IMG/VR virus record: IMGVR_UViG_3300027973_000046
Location: 58,929 to 78,928 of that record
DNA: 20,000 nucleotides
Strand: one strand, 5' to 3'
From: an uncultured virus (IMG/VR IMGVR_UViG_3300027973_000046)
Taxonomy: Duplodnaviria; Heunggongvirae; Uroviricota; Caudoviricetes
Each line of letters opens with the position of its first letter. Position 1 is the stretch's first letter. A model generated the notes under the pieces. It was not told the DNA's origin. It made no database searches and was given only the letters and a program-made list of their open reading frames with translations. The translations under genes and the position numbers were made by a program. This document shows, one piece after another, positions 1 to 5,980 of this stretch.

Positions 1-357
1 CTGGTGCGAAGCCAAATACATTTCAAAAGACATCTGTGCTGCCATTTCAAAACTGTTTTTAATATAAAGTATTTTTTGGTTTAGCTTTTCATCATCTGTT
101 TTATTCAATACATTTTCTGTTAAAATATTTTTGTTGTTTCCATAAATAAGAGAAGCGTCATTGCTTGCTGTCCAGTCTTCCCACTTTGTAATTGCCTGGT
201 GGCTTCGTTCGTCTGCATCCACAAGGTGTATAAACTTTAATAGCTCTTCTGGGTAGCTTAAAACATTTTTAAAGTACCATATGTCTTTTTCAAGAATTTG
301 TACGTCAAACATGTGATACATGTCGTTTGGGTTAAATGTTTCTTTTGATATTTCCAT
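1..357 (-). CDS. Partial gene running off the window; probable further 2OG-Fe(II) oxygenase (N-terminal 119 aa)
   Basis: Not in the ORF track. ATG at 357-355 overlaps the TAA of the upstream gene (TAATG) and the frame stays open to position 1: MEISKETFNPNDMYHMFDVQILEKDIWYFKNVLSYPEELL...KWEDWTAS... The IWYFKNVL and W..W motifs match the N-termini of the neighbouring oxygenases (VDVYRNVL...NWDKWAS; MWVYRNVF). The catalytic motifs lie outside the window. Confidence 0.65.
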   Translation of the reverse strand, partial: MEISKETFNPNDMYHMFDVQILEKDIWYFKNVLSYPEELLKFIHLVDADERSHQAITKWEDWTASNDASLIYGNNKNILTENVLNKTDDEKLNQKILYIKNSFEMAAQMSFEMYLASHQ

Positions 358-1115
358 TAAATATTCTCCACTTCAGACGCTGGGATATTGTACCCATCGG
401 GGGTTAATCTTAAACCTTTTTCACGAACTTTTTTCCAGTCTTCTTGTTCGCCTTTTTGCATTGCCCTAACTTCTGCTAATTCTTTTGCCCATTCGTCACG
501 GACTTCTTGTGGGTAATCTGATTCTTCTCTGTCGTCCCAGAATGATCCAAGTGTATATCTTGGACTACCTTTTACTACTGTTACCTCGTGCATATTTTTA
601 TGCCCGCCGTGAAAAATTAAAAATGATCCAGCTTTTGGAACAATTTCCATTGGAAGGTTTCCGTGATCAGCGTCAAATTTTAATGTCCCTCCTTCAAAGT
701 CATCATTCAGGTATAAGAATCCAGCATATCTACTTCTAGTAAATGCTCCCATCTTACCTTTATTGTCACTGTTGTCGGAATGCTTTGGGGCAAATGCTCC
801 TGGCAACCATCTCTGCACGTGAAAACTTATTTTTGACATATCTGAAACATTTTTATTTGCAACTTCAGATGCAGCTACTTTAAATTTTTCTTGTATATCT
901 GTAAACCAAGTATTTGATAAATTAAATTTTTCTAGTATTGGCTCTCCGTCGTAAGGATACCTAGCAGAATAAGATTCATAAAAAGAAATTCCTTTCCAGT
1001 AATCCTCATCAGTTTCCTCTAATTCTTTTAAAACATTAATTACAGAAGTGCATTCCTCTGGTGTAATAAAACCTTCATATAAAAATATATCATCAGATAG
1101 CTTTATTAGATTCAT
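357..1115 (-). CDS. 2OG-Fe(II) oxygenase, prolyl 4-hydroxylase-like
   Basis: HxD motif (KHSD), YLNDDFEGGTL, distal His with Arg at +10 (HEVTVVKGSPRYTLGSFW). TAATG overlap at both ends. Confidence 0.9.
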   Translation of the reverse strand: MNLIKLSDDIFLYEGFITPEECTSVINVLKELEETDEDYWKGISFYESYSARYPYDGEPILEKFNLSNTWFTDIQEKFKVAASEVANKNVSDMSKISFHVQRWLPGAFAPKHSDNSDNKGKMGAFTRSRYAGFLYLNDDFEGGTLKFDADHGNLPMEIVPKAGSFLIFHGGHKNMHEVTVVKGSPRYTLGSFWDDREESDYPQEVRDEWAKELAEVRAMQKGEQEDWKKVREKGLRLTPDGYNIPASEVENI

Positions 1116-1933
1116 TACATTGCACCAGGTCCCGATTTGTCTCCAACCAAATCGTCATACTCTACTGGCTTTCCGTCTTGCAAATATCTCATATTTCTTG
1201 GATCTTCAAAATCAATTCTTTTTGATTCTTTTTTCATCCAGTTGTATGCTCCAAAAGTAAGTTGGTTTTGTAGCCATTCTTTTGAGCCAGCATATCTGTG
1301 CATTACAAAGTTTCTAACAAAAAACTTTTCTCCATTGTAAATTGTTTTAACTCCATGAAAATATGGTTCGTCTGAAGGAAACACTAAAATGTCTCCAGCC
1401 TGTGGCTTGTGATTTACTATCTTGCCATCAACAACAAACTCAATGTCTCCGCCGTCATAATCATCATTGATATACATTGTGCATGTAAGTAAGAATTTTG
1501 GTCCAGGCATTTCTCTTTGAGAAATAATATAGTCTGTGTGGTACTGCATTGTCATTTTGTTTTCTAAAACATCAACCTGGTCGTTATATTTTGAGAATGA
1601 GGATCCAGTAAAATACCAGTCTTCTGGTAGCTCAACTCCGTGTCTGGTGATGTAGTCATTTAAAACTAGGTCGTAGGCATCTTGAACCTGTTTAGCAAAA
1701 TCTTTTTCTTCGATAAACATTGGGTCCTGATTGTCTTGATTTATTTCAGCAGTATCTTTTATTTGTGTATATGTTCCAAAAGATGCCCACTTGTCCCAAT
1801 TTTTTAAATAATGCTTTCCTTCAGATGTTCTTTCTGATTTTTTCATTGTTTCGTATAAAGCTTTTGGGTCACGCAAAACATTTCTGTATACATCTACTTT
1901 TGGGTATAACTCTACATATTCTAAATTACTCAT
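1115..1933 (-). CDS. 2OG-Fe(II) oxygenase, prolyl 4-hydroxylase-like
   Basis: HTD, YINDDYDGGDIEF, KPQAGDILVFPS, HGVKTIYNGEK (Lys at +10). Start moved from 1969 to ATG 1933, which has an ATGA overlap with the upstream stop and a GGAG RBS. Confidence 0.9.
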   Translation of the reverse strand: MSNLEYVELYPKVDVYRNVLRDPKALYETMKKSERTSEGKHYLKNWDKWASFGTYTQIKDTAEINQDNQDPMFIEEKDFAKQVQDAYDLVLNDYITRHGVELPEDWYFTGSSFSKYNDQVDVLENKMTMQYHTDYIISQREMPGPKFLLTCTMYINDDYDGGDIEFVVDGKIVNHKPQAGDILVFPSDEPYFHGVKTIYNGEKFFVRNFVMHRYAGSKEWLQNQLTFGAYNWMKKESKRIDFEDPRNMRYLQDGKPVEYDDLVGDKSGPGAM

Positions 1934-2619
1934 GGTTGTTTGTCTCCAGTATGCTTTTGTATTGTCCAAAAAAACGGCGATGTAAATCTATTACCAGATT
2001 TTACTGGGCGGACTCCGTGTGTATAAAACCTATCTCCTGGGAAGAAATAAGCAGCTCCTGCTTTTGGCTTAAACTCTATTCCGTGTTGCGGAAAATAAAG
2101 TTCTCCGCCTTCGTAATCATCATTAAAATAAAATAATCCCGATAAATCGTACCAAGGAAAATCATTTGCTCTTCCCTGTTCAATTCCTGTGTGGAATTCT
2201 TTATCGGCATGTGGCTCTTGTCTTGCACCTATTGGCCACCTTACAATTGCTGGGCCAGTTTCTTTTGCATCAACATCAAAAAATTTGTCTACTTCAATTT
2301 TTAATCTTGCAATCATGCTATTTATTAACTCAAGAATTGTTGGGTCTGACGCCATGAGGGAATTGTATGTACATACCCTATCCTTCCAAATGTCCGCGTC
2401 GTATAAAACAAGACCATCTTCATCTTTATGGGTTTCTGTGTGGTCCCAAATTTTATTATTTAAAGCAAAATTAATAAGTCTTTCTCGCTCTTCTGTGGTT
2501 AAAAAATTCTCTAACTCTACGATGTTATCGGAAGAGTCTCCAAAAAAACCAGATGGAGTTATTGACTTGGGGGCGTTATGCTTATTCCAGTCGTTTGCTA
2601 TTGCTTGATTATTATTCAT
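1930..2619 (-). CDS. 2OG-Fe(II) oxygenase, prolyl 4-hydroxylase-like
   Basis: HAD, YFNDDYEGGELYF, KPKAGAAYFFPG, HGVRPVKSGNRFTSPFFW. Confidence 0.9.
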   Translation of the reverse strand: MNNNQAIANDWNKHNAPKSITPSGFFGDSSDNIVELENFLTTEERERLINFALNNKIWDHTETHKDEDGLVLYDADIWKDRVCTYNSLMASDPTILELINSMIARLKIEVDKFFDVDAKETGPAIVRWPIGARQEPHADKEFHTGIEQGRANDFPWYDLSGLFYFNDDYEGGELYFPQHGIEFKPKAGAAYFFPGDRFYTHGVRPVKSGNRFTSPFFWTIQKHTGDKQP

Positions 2620-2625
2620 ATTATC

Positions 2626-2634
2626 ATTATACCA
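2626..2634 (-). promoter_or_regulatory. Extended -10 promoter (TGGTATAAT), probably leaderless transcript
   Basis: Perfect TGnTATAAT in a 22-nt intergenic gap, 6 nt before ATG 2619, with no Shine-Dalgarno. Confidence 0.6.
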
Positions 2635-2641
2635 TTTCTAT

Positions 2642-3352
2642 TTATTTACTAATATCACGAACATTTAGTATTATTTTTTTGGCCTGGTGGGACCCAAGAG
2701 AATTTCCCTTATGATCAACAGCATTTTTATATAGGCCAGCCCAATCCCCATCTTTTTGTCTTCTAGTAACATACTCGGTATATTCTGGATCGTTCTGTAC
2801 TTCATCTAGGGGCAAATCCAATCCGTTGCTTATTATGGCAGTAGAGTGATTTATTTGTGCTAGATCTATTGGTAATACTGAAACTACTGGGGTGCCCGCT
2901 TTTATTGTTATTGGAACATCTTTTTTTGAAATTTTCCACGCTGGGCTTAGCTGACCTTTTAAAAACGAAGCATTTAATAAAACTTCTAAAACGTGAACCC
3001 CGTCTATAAACTGGTTTGGAACTCTTTTTACCCACAAGGTTAAATTCTCATCTGTTTTAAACATCAGCCCAGTGTTAAATGTAATTATATCATTTCTGCT
3101 ATCAATGTATAGGTACTCTTCTCCAGAAATTACTTCTATATATTTTTGCTGTGGTTTTGGATTTGAGTTGCAAATAAAAGTTATATCTTTTGGAAAAGAT
3201 ATTCCCCATCCAAGATTATTTACTAGGCCAAGCGGAAAACATCTGTATGCGTGTTTTTCTGGCGTCTCGTCCATCCAGTCTCTTTTAGTTTCCAATGTAG
3301 TTAAATTTCCTAGGCTATCTGAAAGCCTATATACATTAAATTCAATTGGCAT
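2642..3352 (-). CDS. DUF6065-like protein (paralogue 2)
   Basis: KRDWMDETPEKHAYRCFPLGLVNNLGW matches the R.WMD.T...AYRC.P...N..GW signature I associate with DUF6065; also IKAGTPVVSVLP. Clear paralogue of 3342-4046. Confidence 0.75.
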   Translation of the reverse strand: MPIEFNVYRLSDSLGNLTTLETKRDWMDETPEKHAYRCFPLGLVNNLGWGISFPKDITFICNSNPKPQQKYIEVISGEEYLYIDSRNDIITFNTGLMFKTDENLTLWVKRVPNQFIDGVHVLEVLLNASFLKGQLSPAWKISKKDVPITIKAGTPVVSVLPIDLAQINHSTAIISNGLDLPLDEVQNDPEYTEYVTRRQKDGDWAGLYKNAVDHKGNSLGSHQAKKIILNVRDISK

Positions 3353-4046
3353 CTGTACCGCCCTTTAATCTTATTGATTTTAGTTGATGCTCTCCTATTT
3401 TGTTTCCAAGATTATCAACGGCGTCTCTGTAAAAATTTGACCATTCCCCAGACTGATTAATTTCTTCAAGCGCTATTGAATATGCTGGAGTAAGGAATTC
3501 TGTTTTTGGTACTTCATGAATATCTCGCAATTCCATTTCTGAATTTTGTAATTCCATTAAATTCATTGGTATGACTGATATTATTGGGGTATTGGCTTTT
3601 ATTGTTATTTCTACATTTGGCCTTGTAATTCTCCAAGCACAGGGAAGGTCTCCCCTAAAAAACGATGTTGAAACAAGCGTTGTAAATGGAACAACACCAT
3701 CAATAAATTGATTTGGCACTGGCATTGAAAGCAAAGTTTCTTCTGGGTCTGTGATAAACATTACTCCAGTACGAAAGCTTACAGTAGCATTTGCACGATC
3801 TGGATAGGCGTATTTTTCACCTTTAAGAATTTTTACATGCTCTCCAGATGTATCAGAAATTCCGTCCCATATAAAAGTTATGTCTTCTGGGAAAGATATA
3901 CCCCAGCCAAGCTGATTAGTTAAGCTGACAGGAAAGCATTTATATGCATGGGCCTTCCAAGTATCATCCATCCAGTCTCTTTTAACAGACAATGGAGATA
4001 CGTTTGCAAGACCATCTCTAGTTTTGTATACCTTTATGTTTTTCAC
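3342..4046 (-). CDS. DUF6065-like protein (paralogue 1)
   Basis: KRDWMDDTWKAHAYKCFPVSLTNQLGWGISFPEDITFIWDG. The start is probably GTG 4046 (AAAGGG just upstream) rather than TTG 4052. Confidence 0.75.
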   Translation of the reverse strand: MKNIKVYKTRDGLANVSPLSVKRDWMDDTWKAHAYKCFPVSLTNQLGWGISFPEDITFIWDGISDTSGEHVKILKGEKYAYPDRANATVSFRTGVMFITDPEETLLSMPVPNQFIDGVVPFTTLVSTSFFRGDLPCAWRITRPNVEITIKANTPIISVIPMNLMELQNSEMELRDIHEVPKTEFLTPAYSIALEEINQSGEWSNFYRDAVDNLGNKIGEHQLKSIRLKGGTDAN

Positions 4047-4707
4047 GTTCAACCCTTTCGGCTCTCATTTGCATAAACTCTTGGTTGTGTGCGTGATCAT
4101 TATAATCAAGCATTGTTACAATTGAATATTTTCTACCAGAAGTTACTGGTGCGGCTAAGTGAGAGAAGAGATAGGTTGATGGGAATATGTATAGGTCTCC
4201 AGCCTGTGGCTTAATGCTTAAGTTTAATTTTGGAAAAACAAGTTCTCCGCCTTCATACTCATCGTTTGGGTAAGCAACTAAGGAAACTGTGGCGCTGTAA
4301 GAAAATCCATGGTCTGCATGCTCTTGAAAATGTTGTCCTGGACCATACTGAATAAAGTTCATTACTTCCCAGTAATTCATTCTAACGTTATATGCAGCAC
4401 AATAATCTTCAACCGCTGGTATCTGTGCATTGTAAGAGTCTTGCCAAATTGTAGCAAGTGTGGCTTGATCATCGTTTATTGGATTAGTAATTTCTCCAAT
4501 TTTAAAATCTCTGCAGTCTCTATAGCTTGGCTTCTTTTCCATGTATCCTACTGTGGCGTCCTGCCATGACAAGCCACTTGAATTATTTTCTAGCAAGACA
4601 CTTACTCTGTTCATGATGTCAAGCTCTGGGGTAAATACGTTGCGGTATACCCACATGCCTGGAAATAGCATTTCTTTTGATGACCAATTTTGACTAATGT
4701 TACTCAT
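4018..4707 (-). CDS. 2OG-Fe(II) oxygenase, prolyl 4-hydroxylase-like
   Basis: YGPGQHFQEHAD, YPNDEYEGGELVF, KPQAGDLYIFPS, HLAAPVTSGRKYSIV (Lys at +10). GGAG RBS; ATG directly follows the upstream TAA. Confidence 0.9.
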   Translation of the reverse strand: MSNISQNWSSKEMLFPGMWVYRNVFTPELDIMNRVSVLLENNSSGLSWQDATVGYMEKKPSYRDCRDFKIGEITNPINDDQATLATIWQDSYNAQIPAVEDYCAAYNVRMNYWEVMNFIQYGPGQHFQEHADHGFSYSATVSLVAYPNDEYEGGELVFPKLNLSIKPQAGDLYIFPSTYLFSHLAAPVTSGRKYSIVTMLDYNDHAHNQEFMQMRAERVEREKHKGIQN

Positions 4708-5304
4708 TTATTCTCCTAGTTTAGTATAGTTTAACATATCATCAGGTAGTATGTCAATAATTAAATGGGTTCTGTCTTCACTGCTTTTATTGCTAACGGC
4801 ATGCGGTAGCATATTATTTATTTCGTAGATACCAAACTCTTCCATATGAATGGTATTATTAAAGACCGTAAAGGTAACGTCTTTATTAGTAATGATTGGG
4901 ATGTGGACTCTCCTAGAAAAATTTAATAGGGGGCCTGCATCAACATGCTTATGAACTTCTGAATTTGCGTGTAGCTTAATTATCTCACATCTAATTACTT
5001 TTCCGCAATAGTGTTCTTCCAGATAATTAAAAAGTTTATCTAATTCTTCTTGGGCTTCTTTTGTTTTTAGAGAATTTTCATAAGTTGTAACAATCTCTAG
5101 GTCTGGGGTCCACTCGTATGGGGTTGAGCATATTCTAAACATTTCTGTATTTGTGTGAACAAGTCCATGATTTTGTCTTGTAGTATTTAAAAGCCACTCA
5201 TCAGAAAAATTAGAAACTTCTGCTTTTATCATTTTTATATCACAAAAGCCTAAATGTTTAATTGACCATTTAGTATCTTTTTTTATTCTTTGATACATAC
5301 TCAT
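4708..5304 (-). CDS. Aspartyl/asparaginyl beta-hydroxylase-family 2OG-Fe(II) oxygenase
   Basis: HKHVDAG, RRVHIPIITN and EINNMLPHAVSNKSSEDRTHLIID match the Asp_Arg_Hydrox/AspH-type pattern. The start may be ATG 5298, which is better spaced from GGAGGTG. Confidence 0.85.
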   Translation of the reverse strand: MSMYQRIKKDTKWSIKHLGFCDIKMIKAEVSNFSDEWLLNTTRQNHGLVHTNTEMFRICSTPYEWTPDLEIVTTYENSLKTKEAQEELDKLFNYLEEHYCGKVIRCEIIKLHANSEVHKHVDAGPLLNFSRRVHIPIITNKDVTFTVFNNTIHMEEFGIYEINNMLPHAVSNKSSEDRTHLIIDILPDDMLNYTKLGE

Positions 5305-5980
5305 ACACCTCCATGTCCATTTTATTTAAATCTTCTATTTTACTTATTTGAGATTTTGTTAAATTTAACTCTAATCCTGGGGATCTATTTGCTGGGTCTG
5401 ACCTGTGTTTAAACGACTCAAACCCAAAATTATTTTTTAATGCCTTATTTAAATCTTCTTTAAACAAGGATATATCCTCAAGTGTATAATAGTAAAAATT
5501 TTGTAAATTGTCAATTGCTTTTTGAGGCCCGCCCTCTATTCCTTCCAAGTACCACCCGCTATCAATAGTGTGCTGAAAATAATTAAAGTGTTTATTAAAC
5601 TGATCAATGTTTGTTTTTCCAATTAAAAATTTAGTCTGAAGGTTTGACTGCATTTCGGACTGTTCTCCATATAGCCAGCTCTCAAGCTTTTCTTCAGATT
5701 CTTTGCCCGCCCTTATTAAACCAGTTGTATATTTAAAATAGCTTACAAATCTATCTACTGGATTTCTTATTATTGTAAATACTTCTGGGTTGTCCATATA
5801 ATCTAAGGGCATGGTTCCAAAATGTCCGCCAACAAATAAACTTTTATTTATAACAGATGGTTCTATTATTGTTCTATTTGAAACAAAATGTGAAACCCCA
5901 CCAGTAATTAGGTGGGGCAGCACATGATTCTTTATATGTATTCCAGCAGTGCGTGGGATATGTAGGTGGTAAATAGACAT
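5270..5980 (-). CDS. PAPS-dependent sulfotransferase (Sulfotransfer_2-like)
   Basis: 5'-PSB loop HLHIPRTAG (canonical HIPKTAG) and 3'-PB motif FTIIRNPVDRFVSYF. C-terminal N..D..VY motif. Confidence 0.85.
   Translation of the reverse strand: MSIYHLHIPRTAGIHIKNHVLPHLITGGVSHFVSNRTIIEPSVINKSLFVGGHFGTMPLDYMDNPEVFTIIRNPVDRFVSYFKYTTGLIRAGKESEEKLESWLYGEQSEMQSNLQTKFLIGKTNIDQFNKHFNYFQHTIDSGWYLEGIEGGPQKAIDNLQNFYYYTLEDISLFKEDLNKALKNNFGFESFKHRSDPANRSPGLELNLTKSQISKIEDLNKMDMEVYEYVSKNKKRY

Noticed and set aside
1..5304. DNA-modification (TET/JBP or AlkB) role for the oxygenases
   Set aside because: The motifs fit P4H-like and AspH-like families, and the context is virion structural genes rather than replication or nucleotide metabolism. 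It is not formally excluded.
1..5980. Higher AT content of the enzyme block as proof of recent horizontal acquisition
   Set aside because: The difference is explicable by amino-acid composition (Ala/Gly/Thr-rich fibres vs Lys/Ile/Phe/Asn-rich enzymes). I saw no integration scars or flanking repeats, and I did not quantify it.
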